A stretch of 64,000 nt of DNA from Felis catus. Taxonomy: Eukaryota. The position numbers were made by a program, and so were the translations under genes. Below the pieces are notes generated by a model. That model was not told where the DNA came from. It saw only the letters and a list, made by a program, of their open reading frames with translations, and ran no database searches. Shown here in pieces: positions 1-12,882 of this stretch (within the stretch, counting starts at the first letter, position 1; every line of letters starts with the position of its first letter). The DNA is taken from positions 28,956,001-29,020,000 of the forward strand of contig NC_058368.1 of NCBI RefSeq assembly GCF_018350175.1, written 5' to 3'.

Positions 1-190
1 GCTCAGGTCATAAGCTCATGGTTCATGAGTTCAAGCCCTGCATTGGGCTCTGTGCTGACAGCGCAGAACCTGGTTAGGATTCTCTTTCTGTACCTCTCTC
101 CCTGTCCCTCCCCTGCTCTCGTGCACTCTCTCTCTCCCTCTCTCTCTCTCTCTCTTTCAAAAATAAATAAATAAACTTTTAAAATTTTTA
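1..190 (+). mobile_element. Carnivore SINE (SINEC_Fc-like), cut by window edge
   Basis: gctcaggtcat...gagttcaagccc...ctctgtgctgacagc, (CT)n, aaataaataaa tail. Confidence 0.9.
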
Positions 191-1924
191 AATTAAGGTA
201 TACATTGAAGAACTTCTCCATACCAGTGATTTTCTTTTAATTGACTGCTTAGGATATGCTAGGTGCTATCAATACATAACCACCATTATATTGTTCTATT
301 CTGAGGTTAGATTAAGTACTTTGCCCCAGATCACTCTCCTAAACAACGAACAAAGCTGAGATTTCAGCCTAGCTCTCTCCAACTCAGAAGCCCATGTTTT
401 TATTCCTCTTCACCACATGGCTTCCCTAGGTCCAAAAGACTAGTTTCAGTGGAGATTGTACCCTTAGAGGAGAAAATCATTCTTTGTCTGTCCTGGAGAC
501 CAAATGCTTACAGGTGCTGGATAGGGAACACAGATCTGGAGGGTCTGAGGTAAACAGGAAGTCATGCCCCTTCGAACTAAGAGGGCAGTCTCTACTTCGC
601 TGTGGCCATGTGAGAATGCAGGCTCAACTTGGACAGTTTCAAGAGAAGACCGAAATCCAGACTTTTAAATGAAATCTCATTAATTTGAAAATTTGGCAAC
701 AACTCAGCATTTTTTTGTGGATAGAGTGATGACAGAACACTCCAGGACCCACAGATCTCTCTTTCTTCTCACCAGGTTTGGGATGTATCAAGAAATGAAA
801 CCCCATTCCCTTACAAGCTTTTTTCAAATAACTTACCTATGTTGGTAAATTCCCTTACTTGCTCTACAAAGTTTTTTAGTTCTCCTAATTAAATTAGGAG
901 AATTCTAAACCCCCAGGTTTAGAATAAAAAGTCAAAAAGATGGGAAATCTACTGCCATGTTATATACCTACCCTGAAATTTAAAAAAAAAAAAAAAAAAA
1001 AAGGAATGTACCTAAATCAGAGGAAAGGAAAAGGGGGAAACAAAGGGAGAAAAGTAAACATAAATATCTCAAAATATTATCCAGGCATAAAGAGATAAAA
1101 ATTATGTTTCTTCTTCCTAAGTTGTGTGCATATCCTCTAAGAAAAGCCATAGTATATCAAAGGTACTTTTTTTTTTTTTTTTTTTTTTTTTTTAGTTTGT
1201 ATGCTGTTTAAGTTATAATGAGGAGTAATGTAGCTCTTAATTGTGAGGGAAGGAATCTAACTGGTCCCAGGGTGGTTTTGTTTAATGCATTTTATGAGCA
1301 ACAAAGCAAAATTCTCTACTCATGACAAGAATGAGAAGGATGAAACTAGAACGCTCTCCACATAGCTCTTCCACGTGCATTTTCATGTCCTGTGCCTTCC
1401 CTCACATTGTCCCCTCTGGCTGGGATGCCCATCACCCACTTCTGTGTCTCACCCTTCAAGGCTAAGCACACATGGCTCCAGCCTATCCACCCCCAGCTGA
1501 ATTCATCCCTCCTTCCTTGGTATCGCTGTGCCCTGGCCGCATGTGATCTATAACTGCTGTGTGTCAGAAGGGCAAGCTGCCCCACAGCAGAATTTTGTCC
1601 ATTGAGGCATCTGCCTGGTAGCCTGACATGGGACCAGAGCTCAATAAATTTGTGATGAATCAGTGAACCAATAAATGAATATATGATTAATTGGGGCATT
1701 AAAGCTTTTATAAGATCCCTGCGACGGGTCATAAAAGCTGCAAACTCCTTTGGTGTTTCTTAGAAGGCTACATCTTTTGTTTCTGTAAATGAGCTCACTG
1801 TTCACAAGCCGACTATTGCCTAAGTTGGCAGAGAACCAAATGGTAATAAATCTCCCACCCTTCCTTTTTTCCTACACTTGTTACTTTGTGGCTGTATCAT
1901 GAACACCTGTGAACCAGGTGGCCA

Positions 1925-2125
1925 AAACTGAATTTAATTCCCAGTTGTGTCCAGTCCCTTAGGCAAGTCATTCAACTTCTCTGGAGCTCCATTTTTGCAT
2001 CTGTGAAATGCAACTACTCAGAGCAGCTACCTCACAGAATTGTTGTAAAAACCAAATGAGATAACATATGTTCAGGCGCTCTGTCTGCAAACTGTAAAGT
2101 AGTCTATGAATGTGAGATGTATTAT
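1925..2125 (+). mobile_element. MIR SINE fragment
   Basis: MIR core ggcaagtcattcaacttctctg...catctgtgaaatg...acctcacagaattgttgt...aaatgagataa. Confidence 0.75.
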
Positions 2126-2724
2126 TTATGATAATTAATCTGTATGATAAGTAAAGGAATGAGTATAGAGCATGGGGAGCTAATTTTAAACTTCATAAAG
2201 AGCTATTGAATTAAATTTGAAATTTTTAGGAATCCTGTTGAGTATATGTAGTAACACTTTTATTGAGGGAGAGGGTAATACATTTGATCCTAAGTTAAAT
2301 GGATTGGGATGAACAGTCCAAGGATTTAGATTCTTTCCTGCCCCAGCCAGTTTTGTGGAGGCATGATATTTGTCTCAGTGATCATTTTAATTTACCTCTC
2401 ACTCTTGCAAGAACCACTGGTAGTAGAATGTCTTCCTTGTGAGATGTGAGGCTGAGTGTATACATAAAGCATTCTAGTATATCTCCTTGACCTCTAAATT
2501 CTATGCTTCAATATGTCTTTTTACTGGAAATAAATTGTTTTGACACTAAGAAAAATTATAAAGTTGGAAGTGAATCTTGGTAGAAATAAAATGCTAATTT
2601 TATTAATTAAATTAATAATTTTTGTAACATAATATATTTTATTATACAATAAATATATAATATATGTAATAATTTAATTAATAAAAATAATTTTATTTTA
2701 TTATTTTATTTAAATTTTCAAATT

Positions 2725-2925
2725 AAAAAAATTTTAATGTTTTTATTCATTTTTGAGAGAGAGAGCATGAGCAGGGGAGGGGCAGAGAGAGGCAGGGACA
2801 GAGGATCTGAAGCCGGCTGTGTGCTGACAGCAGTAAGCCCGATGCAGAGCTCAAACTCTCAAACCACAAGATCATTACCCGAGCCAAAGTCAGACACTCA
2901 ACCAAGTGAGCCACCCACGCACCCC
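2725..2925 (-). mobile_element. Carnivore SINE
   Basis: T-rich tail, (GA)n, ends gagccacccacgcacccc. Confidence 0.9.
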
Positions 2926-4063
2926 ACCTTTGGTAATTTTAATATTGACGGAAAAACAATAACCTGGTAATTAAATACTAACAATAAAAAAAATCCTTAA
3001 CAATACTCAAAATATTAAGAACAAAAAACCTGCTATACTTAAAATTATTCACAAAAAAACATAAAGTAAAACTAGCCCACAGGAAATACAGCTAATATGA
3101 TTTTCTGCCTGACTCTAACTCATAGGTTGTTCATCTAATACAACAAATGTGCCTCGCTAGCATTCTATCAGTATTCTCGAGTAACTAAAGAGTTACATCA
3201 CAATATCTAATCCTTGCCTAAAAATGGAAATGTGCTTGAGGTCCAGAGTCCTCCTACTCGAATCCATTCTACATAAACTGCTGAATTAAATGCTCATAAA
3301 TAGTAGCTCTGAACATGTCACTCTAGGTCAGAAACCTTCAGAAATCGCATCACTGTCAACCTGAGGTAGAACCTGCTCTTGCCGGGGTTCAGAGCCTCCA
3401 CAGCATGCTCCAGCCTAGAAGCACCCAGTTTCCACCACATGCTAAACTAGTGGCTATTTCCCAGTAGAGCCCATCCTTGCTCCTTCTGTGCTTAGGCTCA
3501 TACAGACTTTCCATCTGCAGCACACTCCCTTCTGCCGTTCTTTCTTTCCTCTTTCTGTGGGTCACAGCCATCCAGTCTCACAGGTCCATCCCGAATGCTA
3601 CCTCCCCTGACCCACCCCACCCACTAGGTCCTTTCACATGGTACTTATCACGACCTACCTTGAATTGCTTGTGAAACTGCATTACTCTTCTTTGTAAGCT
3701 TTTGAAGTATTTGAAGCCAGGGATTGTGTTTTCCTCATATTTATTTTTTCTAGATCCTGGTATGTATTATACTTAACAAATTATCAATAATTTTAAAAAT
3801 TAAACCACTTAATGTCCAGCAATGATTGGTATTGGCGGTTTAAGCTGAGGTGTTTCTCTTTAATGACAACTTTATTGAGATATAATTCACCCCTTAAAGT
3901 ACACAATTCAGTGGTTTTTAGTATATTCTTGGAATTATGCCACCATCAGCACTAATTCCAGAACATTTTCATCACCAAAAAGAAATTCTGTACCCAGGAA
4001 GTAGTTGTTAGCCATTCCGTCTTTCCCTCAGCCCTGGCGACCATTAATCTACTGTCTGTCTCT

Positions 4064-4243
4064 GTTGAGAGTCTGACTCTTGATTTTAGCTCAGATCATG
4101 ATCCCAGGATTGTGGGATCAAGCACTGCATTGGACTCCGTGCTAAGCATGGTGCCTGCTTGATTCTCTCTCTCCCTCTGCCCTTGCCCCTTTCCCAACTC
4201 ATGCTAGCTCTTGCTCTCTAAAATTAAAAAAAAAAAAAAAAAA
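4064..4243 (+). mobile_element. 5'-truncated carnivore SINE inside L1
   Basis: ctgactcttgattttagctcagatcatgatccc..., A tail 4226-4243; no TSD seen. Confidence 0.85.
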
Positions 4244-5553
4244 GGAATCATACAGTATGTGGTCCATTTTCACTGGCTTCTTTCACTTAGCATATTTTCA
4301 GGGTTCATCCATGTTGTAACATGGATCTGTACTTAATTTCCTTTATTGCTGAATAGCTTCCATTTCATATATATATCATATTTTATTTATCCATTCCTGG
4401 ACATGTGGGTTGTTTCCACTTTTTAGCTACTGTAAACAATACTGCTATAAACATTTGTGTACAAATTTTTGTATAGATAGATGTTTTCAGTTCTCTTGCA
4501 TACATATCTATAGGAGTGGAATGGCCAGGCTGTATGGCAACTTTATGTTTAACTTTTTGGGGAACTGCCAGACTATTTTCCAAAGTAGCTCCACCATTTT
4601 ATATTCCCACCAGCAATGTATGAGGGCTCCAATTTATCCACACCTTTGTCAACAGTTGTATGTCTTTATTATGGTCATACTAGTAGATCTGAAATGGACC
4701 TCATTGTGGTTTTGATTTGCATTTCCCTAATAGTTAAAGATGTTGAGTATCCTCTCATGTGCTTGCTGGCCATTTGCATATCTTCTTTGGAGAAATAAGT
4801 ATTCAAATTCTTTCTCAACTTTTTAATTGGGTTGTCTATTATTCAATTATAAGAATTCTTTATACATCTGGATGCTAGACCGTTATCATATATATGATTT
4901 GCAATTATTTCCCCCATTTTTTAAGTTGTCTTTTCACTTTCTTGCTAGTATCCTTTGAAGCTTAGAAGTTTTTTAATTTTGATGAAGTCCAATTTATTGA
5001 TTTTTTTCTTTGGTTACTTGTGCTTTGGGTATCATCTCTAAGAAACTATTGCCTAATCCAAGGTCCTGAAGACATAACTTTTGTTGTCTTCTAAGAATCT
5101 TATATAGTTTTAGTTCTTATATTTAGGTCTTTGATCCATTGTAGTTAATTTTTCTATATGGTATGAAGTAGGGTTACAATTTCTCTTTTACATGTAGATA
5201 TGCAGTTTTCCCAGTACTACTTGTTGAAAAGACAGTTCTTTCTTAATTGTCTTGGTATCCTTGTCAAAATTAATTGACTGTAGATGTATAGGTTTATTTC
5301 TGGACTACCAATTTCATTCCAATGATCTATATGACTATCCTTATACTACCAACCACATAGTTTTGATTACTATAGCTTTTGACTAAGTTATAAAATTGAA
5401 AAGTATGAGTCTTCCAACTTTCTTCTTTTTCAAGATTATTTTTGCTGTTCCAGATCCTTTACATTTCTATATGAATTTTAGAATCAGCTTGTCATTTCTG
5501 TGAGAAAAAAAAGAAAAACACCAGCTGGGATTTGAGCAGGGATTGAATTGAAC

Positions 5554-5839
5554 TTACTGCTCACCATTCTGGAGGCTGGCAAGTCCAAGATCAAGGCGCC
5601 ATCCTGGTGAAGAACCTCTTCATGGTTCATAGCCAGCATTTTCTCATTATGTCCTCATCTGGTGGAACGGGGTTTGCAAGTTCTCTGGGCCTCTTTTATA
5701 AAGGCACTAATCCCATTTATAAAGACTCCATTCTTATGACCTAAGCACCTTGTAGTGACCTGGTCTCCTAATGCCATCACATCAGGCATTAGCATTTCAA
5801 CGTAAGAATTTGGAAGAACAGAAGCATTCAGATCATAGC
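5554..5839. mobile_element. MaLR (MLT1A-like) solo LTR fragment inside L1
   Basis: ttctggaggctggcaagtccaagatcaagg...ggcactaatcccatt...cattcagatcatagca. Confidence 0.8.
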
Positions 5840-7569
5840 ACAATCTAAACATTAAGCCTCCTGACCCATCAAAATGAAGACACTTCTATTTATTTAGTTT
5901 TTCTTTAATTTTTGCAAGAATGTTTTATAGCTTTCAGAGTTTAAGTTTTACAGTACTTTTGATGCTATTGCAACTGGAATTGTTTTCTTAATTTTATTTG
6001 CAGACTGTTCATTGTTTGTGTACAAATGTATAATTGACTTTTATTATCGATCTTGTATCCTGCAACTTTACTGAACTTGTTCATTAATTCTAATATATTT
6101 CAGTGGATTTCTTAGAATTTTCTAGAAATACAAGATCATGCTATCTGCAAATACAGATGCTTTATTTCTTCCTTTCCAATCTGGATGTTTATTTCCATTT
6201 CTTACCTAATTGCTCTGGCTAGATTCTCCAGTAAAACATTACATACATATGTCATGGACATCCTTATCTCATACCTCATCAAGAATGAAAACACTTGTCT
6301 TTCACCATGAAGTATGATATTAGCTGTGGGGTTTTTGTAGCTACCCTTTATCAGGTTGAGTAAGATCCCTTCCATTCCTAGTGTGTTGAGTGTTCTTATG
6401 AAGTAGTGTTGAATTTTGTCAAATGCTTTTTATGCATCTACTAAGATGATAATGGTTGTTTTTTTTTTTTTTCCTTCATTCTACTAATGTGGTGTATTAC
6501 ATTAATCAGATTTCATGTGAAACCAACCTTGCGTTCCTGGGATAAAGCCACCTTGGTCATAGTGTGTAATCCTTTTATAATATATTACTGGACTCAGGTT
6601 TGCTATTATTTTGTTGAGGAGTTTTACATCTATATTCATAAAAGGTATTGGTCTGTAATGTTCTTGTGATGTCTTTTTTGGTTTTGGTACCAGAATAATA
6701 CCAGCCTCATAAAATCAGTTGAAGAACGTTCCTTCCTCTTCAAGGAGTCTGTGAAGAATTGTTACTAATTCTTTAAATACTTGTAAGAATTTAATGGTAA
6801 CGAATCGGGGCCTGGACTTTCCTTTGTGAACAGTTTTTAAGCCACTAATTCAATCTCCATACTTGTTACAGGCAACCTGAGATCTTGAAGGTATTAGATA
6901 TTAGGAAAAGATTTAGGAATGCCTTACCTATTGCTTACACTTTCTGTCTTCAGGATTCCCAACCAAGAGACCTATAAATACAAGAAAACTAGCCAAATGG
7001 GACACCAAGTACCAATGTATATGATTTAATTTGTTAGTAAATGGACCAGCACTCAGCTATCCTAAATGCAGGAATAGTTAAAAACAAAGAAAGCAAAACT
7101 TGAGTCTGCAGGCTGAAGTGGGTTGTTGCTTCCTCCCCTAAACTTTGAGGGGAGAAGCACCAACCTGATCTCCCCTCTCAGATGCAAGCACGGAGAGGTA
7201 GAGCAGAAAGAAAAAGATTGGTTGGATCCCCATGATGGAGATAAGTCCTTTACCGGTCAGCTCACTTCACCAAAGTAGGAGCTACCAGGGAGCCTATTAC
7301 ATGTTTAATGCACAGTGACTCTGCACACTCAAAATGTAGCCCAGTGGATGTCCTGGCCTTTGCCAAGTCAGATTGGCAATTCTTCCCAGGGAGATATGGC
7401 AGATAAAACCTGAAGGAAGTTTTGCTCTTACAAGGAGCAAAGCTGTAGCTCATGTCTAGTTTATTATTCCTGTAGAGAAGTAATAGTTCCTTTTCTGTAA
7501 CAAATGACTCACACCTGTTCATTATTGTGAAAATCATGGAATGGGCCAATCTGGCATAACGCCTAAAAG

Positions 7570-7795
7570 GACCAACTCTGGAATTGAACAGACTTTGAAT
7601 ACTGGCTCCACTCCATACAAGCTATGACTGTGAGTAACTTACTCTATTTCTCCAAGCCTCAGTTTCCTCACATTAAATGAGAATGACAGTACTTGAAAGA
7701 GGAGCTATAAAGGTAAAGGAGATAATCCATATATAGAGTCTGTTTCATCATATGGTTAAATATTAATGCTTAGTAAATGTTTAGTATTGTTATTG
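7570..7795 (+). mobile_element. MIR fragment
   Basis: gagtaacttactctatttctccaagcctcagtttcctcac...aaatgagaatgacagta. Confidence 0.7.
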
Positions 7796-10700
7796 ACTCC
7801 AGGAACCTCAGGGATCACGAGGCACTCGAGTAAACTGAGCCCCAGAAAGATTAAGTGAATTTCCTGAAAGTATACATTTACTTCATGGCAGAAGCTGAAA
7901 AGGCAATTCTGTATTTTTAGGAAGCTTCCTTTCCTTAAGAAAAGGGAACTGAGGAAGAGGGAATCTGAGGGATTGTTCTTTCTTACTGTTTTTAGGACAT
8001 GAACTCTATGACTCCTCTGCCTAACTCAGTCCATTCCAGGAACCTGAAATCACATGCTCCTCCCCCAGGAAGAGCACTGGACCCACTCAGGCCAGGGGTG
8101 GTTTCCAGGAGATGTCATCACCCTTTCTCGATATCATACTCTCTTTCATCCGCAAGGAGTAAGTCACTCAGGATCTCCTCAGTGTCCCCTACTCTCCCAG
8201 GGACTCTGAGGAAGCACCAAGCCCCTGTCTCAAGGATTTGACTAAATGACACATTCCTTCCATGATCCTGGTTAAGAACTGCCATGGCACAGACCCATGG
8301 GAGTGGGGGTACAGAGGGAATGTCACACAGAGGCTGATCTCTGAGGCACAGTAACCTTGCCACTGCCCCCACTCCCTCACCCCAAACCAGAGGGTCCCAG
8401 AGAACATCTTATTGAAATTTTATACTTGTCATTTGAAAATAGAAAGCCCTAAATAAATTCTCCACATCCTCTGACCCTGAGTTTTACTCCTTATAGATCA
8501 TTTACTAGAACTTGTCCAACCCTCCTGTAACGGTGGGAGAGAGAACCCCAGCAGCTGGCTACAATAGGATTTGGACTGATAATAGTAATAACCATTTGAT
8601 TTAAATAATTTTAAAAAATAAAATCTGCAGATAAGGAAAGATCTCTGACCTTCCCATAATAATTATATAATTTGATTATAGCATATAGTTCTGTTAAATA
8701 TTGTAAACGTCATTATCAGGGTCAATTTTAAATTTATTTATTAGAACCCAGAGGTTGGCAAAGAATGAAAGTTTAATAAAAGGGAAAGTTGAATATTTAC
8801 TTTAACTGATATCTCATGATTCCTGTCAGTTTAAAATATTAATAAGTCCTCTTCTATGATCATAACAAAATCTGCTTTAAAAATCTAGTACCCTGTAAGT
8901 TTTAAACTCTTATGCTAAATGGAAAATATCAGCCTATTATTTTAAACTTTCTCCAAAAACATTTCCTTATTCCTAAAGACTCTAAGCATAGATGATGTTA
9001 TTTGTAATTTATAACATTACTTGCCTTTAGCAGTACTCTGATCTACATGTTATTATTGCTGTAATGAAGGTAATTGTAATTGTATCACTCCTGAGATGAT
9101 AAAAAAGTTTTTGTAGGTCTGTATGCAAAGTGTCTGAAGAAAAGATTATTTTACTTGCCTGCCAAATGTAGCTTCCAGCAAGAACTATTGTACAGGACCT
9201 TTTATAGACATAGATGAAATTCCTTTTGCCATTTGAACAGTATTTACATTCAGGAAAGTTCACAGTTGAGTCTTTGACATACTGTGAAAGGATCTTTTGT
9301 TCTCTAGAAAAACATACTTCCTCATCCTTTGAGTCACCTTGTTTTTATTCCCTTGTTTGCTTTTCGGGGGGGGGAAATAATGCCCACCTCCCAAGTAATG
9401 TCAAGGGAAGAGCTGCTTCAGAAATCAAGGTTGTTCTCTGTGAGGAAAGAGGTCTTGGTTGTTGGCAGAAAAAAATCAGAAATATTTTTAAAACCCGAAA
9501 GAGATAAATAATGTAATCTCAAGCTTCAGAAAAGCTATTTGGATGGGATGTTTTCCAAGGCTAAAAAAAGGGAATCTTTTTTTATTGTCATAATTAACAG
9601 AGATCAGGCTCAGGAAATAGGAGACGCTTTACTTGGGGCTACATAGTCCAAAAGCACTTTTCTATTGTGTCGGGAAAGAGCCCCTCTGTTAATTGTGTTG
9701 ATGCTGTAAGATATTCATAGGTCCATGTTTTCTCCTCGTTGGTGGGATCCAGAACTAGTTTTATGATCGATTCAGGCTAAGACCACTCCAATCCGAATTC
9801 TCTATGTTATTTATCCAACCGCAAATACTGTGACTGATCCCACATGTATGTGAACTGGCTTTGAAAGAGAAAAAACATTGCTGTTTTACTCATCACCATA
9901 TGCCCAGTGCTAACACAGTGCCCTGAGCTTACTGGACACCCACTCGACGTTTGTTAAATGAAGGAATGAAAAAACTACATCCACTTTCAGGATGACAATT
10001 TCAAATTACAGTCTTTTAAATGAACATGTGTTTGTTTGTTTTTCAAATCTTATTGGTCCAAAGGTATACTCTGTGTGTTTATCAGACCTTACCTCATTTG
10101 CATAAGTGGGAGATTACTTGTGCTTTAGGAATTAGCCATTCAAATCCTTCTTCAGTCACCCTAAACCTGAGTCATCTAGAAGCAGTATCCTAAAAGCTTC
10201 TAATCCTTATTTATGTCTTCTGTTTTACCACAAGCAGGACATCAAAGTCAGTGATCTTCATACTCTGGCACGTTTCCACTGGAGGTGTTTTTGGTCTGTA
10301 AATGCTAAACAGGGGTATGCTTTACTAGCATTGTTAGAGAAGCTGAGGTGTTGTGGTGGGGGGCGGGAGGGAAGAGACTGAAGCATGCCCACCACTGTTA
10401 AGCACTTTACGTACTTTCCTCCACTTACTCTTTGTAGCTCTCCATGTGGTAGGCAATGATATCCCCATTTTACAGATGAAGAAACAGAAGCTCATTATGT
10501 AATGTCCTGTGGCCAGTAAGTGACACTATCAGATTTGTGCCACCAGAGCAGGCGTTGAGTTTGCAAGTCATGTTCAAGATTGCCTGCTATAAAACTGGCT
10601 CAGACAATATGTACATACTATATTTTGCTAGCCTTCTGAAAACTATACTAGCCCTTTGATCTGGTGTCCTATTTCCTGATACTCATTGTTTTCTATAAAT

Positions 10701-10824
10701 CTGATGTATATGATAAGGGAAAAAGCAGTTGCTTTTGAGAAATATTCCTTGCTTTCTTAAACTGTGAGATGCTTTATAAAACTCTGAATTCTATGACTTT
10801 CAAGAACCCATTTGTTATTTAAAG

Positions 10825-11040
10825 CTAGTGTGATATAGTAAAAAGAATCTAGTAAACCTGGCTTTGGGAATGAGACGGACTGGGATCTGAATCCTAGCTC
10901 CACCGCCTGAGAGCTTGGTGACACTAAGTTGTTTAACTTCTCTAGGCCTTAGACTGCTGGCCCGCAAAGTCAAGGTAACAATGCCTAATATGGAGAATTG
11001 TGAGTATTAGGAATAATATGTGTGAAATACCTAGATTGTG
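10825..11040 (+). mobile_element. MIR fragment
   Basis: ctgggatctgaatcctagctccacc...aagttgtttaacttctctaggcct. Confidence 0.65.
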
Positions 11041-11987
11041 AACAGCATGAGGGCAGGGATCATGGATGTATCATCCACATTATCTTCCTAATGCACGGAC
11101 AGGCACAGGAGGCCCTCACCACCAGTATTCACTGAGTGAAGGAGCAAGGGAATGCGTGAAGTCTCTTCAGCAACCAGATCAGGTAGTTTCTGTTGTTCAA
11201 CTCCATACATATTAATAAGGGAAACTTCTATAAGAAGTTTTAGCAAGAGGAAAAATAGTACACATTTTCACCTTTGCGTTGTTGGATATGCCTTTCTGTC
11301 CTCCGGATGCACTCAGGAAAATAGGAAGTCAACGCAAAATTCACAGATAATATCATCTTATCTTACTTTATTTTATCTATAATATCATCTGATTTTAAAA
11401 GAGAAATGTTTAATCTAACAAGTGAACAAGTAAGGTACACTGAAGTGAAAATCCTAACTGGAAATTTGTAGGCAAAGAACTGCCTTTTCCTTGGCACTCC
11501 AGCCCATTTTATTCTCATTTTCTAAGGTATCCATTTCTCTCAGGTCTTGCTTGGAGCAGCTTCATGGCTGGAAATGTGAGTCCCCTTCATGTCATATCTT
11601 TTGCGGCTGAGAGCAAACATGTTTTGGGGAGCTCTGAAGGAATCGAGTTTTCATTCCAGCTGCCAGAGCCATAAAAGAGGCCTCTGCATTCTGGGCAGAG
11701 CGATGCACTAGGAAACATCAATTTGGTATTTGTAATACTTGAGCAGCATTGAACTTCCTGTGTGAGATCATGAATGAACAGCAGATCGTGAGTGTTAGTA
11801 TAAGAATTGGACAGAGTGTTGAATTCTCATTCAACTTAAATTTCAGAAAATATCTTTGATTAAAACCCTGAGTTACTTTTTCCACAGTGCTGATATTAAC
11901 ATGATATATATCTGGCACATCTCTACTGAAAAATAAATGTTTTATACTGAGCAATACCTTTTCCACTCTCAGAAAATAAAGCAGGGG

Positions 11988-12205
11988 TAATAATAGCTAA
12001 CCTATATAACACTTACTATGGCCAGGCTCTGTTCTAAGTGATTATGTATACTAATTCTTTTTGACCCCTATAATGACCCTATGAGGTAGGTACCATGCTT
12101 ATCCTCATTTTACAGATGAGGTGCCCTACCTAGCTAGCAAGTGTTAAGAGCCAAGGTTTGAATCCAAGCAATCTGGTTCCAGTGTCTGTGCTCCTAACCA
12201 CTACA
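11988..12205 (-). mobile_element. MIR fragment
   Basis: ccctatgaggtaggtacc..atcctcattttacagatgagg...ggtttgaatccaagcaatctgg. Confidence 0.75.
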
Positions 12206-12246
12206 TCAGAAGACATTTTTGAGTAGCAGTAATAGAGAGCTCTATT

Positions 12247-12380
12247 TTTTTTTTTAATTTTTTTTTCAACGTTTATTTATTTTTGGGACAGAGAGAGACA
12301 GAGCATGAACGGGGGAGGGGCAGAGAGAGAGGGAGACACAGAATCGGAAACAGGCTCCAGGCTCCGAGCCATCAGCCCAG
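12247..12380 (-). mobile_element. Young 5'-truncated SINEC_Fc-like SINE
   Basis: TSD tagagagctctatt at 12233-12246 and 12381-12394. Confidence 0.95.
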
Positions 12381-12406
12381 TAGAGAGCTCTATTAAGATT
12401 GGTCTT

Positions 12407-12625
12407 GGGGCGCCTGGGTGGCTCAGTCGGTTAAGCGTCCGACTTCGGCTCAGGTCACGATCTCGCAGTTCGCGAGTTCGAGCCCCGCGTCGGGCTCTGG
12501 GCTGATGGCTCAGAGCCTGGAGCCTGCTTCCGATTCTGTGTCTCCCTCTCTCTCTGCCCCTCCCCCGTTCATGCTCTGTCTCTCTCTGTCTCAAAAATAA
12601 ATAAACGTTAAAAAAAAAAAAAAAA
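12407..12625 (+). mobile_element. Young full-length CpG-rich SINEC_Fc-like SINE
   Basis: ggggcgcctgggtggctcagtcgg head with A box and gttcgagcc B box; TSD aagattggtct 12395-12405 and 12626-12636. Confidence 0.96.
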
Positions 12626-12639
12626 AAGATTGGTCTCTA

Positions 12640-12770
12640 GGGGCCTGGGTGGCTCAGTCAGTTAAGCATCTGACTCTTGGTTTCAGCTCAGGTCATTATC
12701 TCATGGTTCATGGGATCAAGCTCTGCATTGGGCTCTGCATTGACAGCATGGAGCCTGCTTGGGATTCCCT

Positions 12771-12820
<50 letters not shown>

Positions 12821-12882
12821 CCTCCTCTCTGTCTCTCTCTCTCTCAAAATAAATAAATAAGTAAACATTAAAAAAAAAAAAA
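12640..12882 (+). mobile_element. Older carnivore SINE
   Basis: TSD aaga(t/c)tggtctcta 12626-12639 and 12883-12896; CpG-depleted; long (CT)n. Confidence 0.93.

Larger units (their letters stand above)
3858..6880 (-). mobile_element. Old L1 (L1MB/L1MA-like) 3' UTR plus degenerate ORF2 end, interrupted by a SINE and an LTR
   Basis: tttattgagatataattcac 3' end; ORF 4383-4583(-) gives L1 ORF2 C-terminal-like ICTQMFIAVLFTVAKKWKQPTCP; typical antisense L1 motifs through 6.8 kb. Confidence 0.88.

Noticed and set aside
982..1193. Poly-A and poly-T runs facing each other as a possible stem
   Set aside because: Homopolymers only; flanking complementarity is limited to gtacct/aggtac.
12407..12490. tRNA-like A and B boxes
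   Set aside because: tRNA-derived SINE head, continuous with SINE body and tail; not a tRNA gene.
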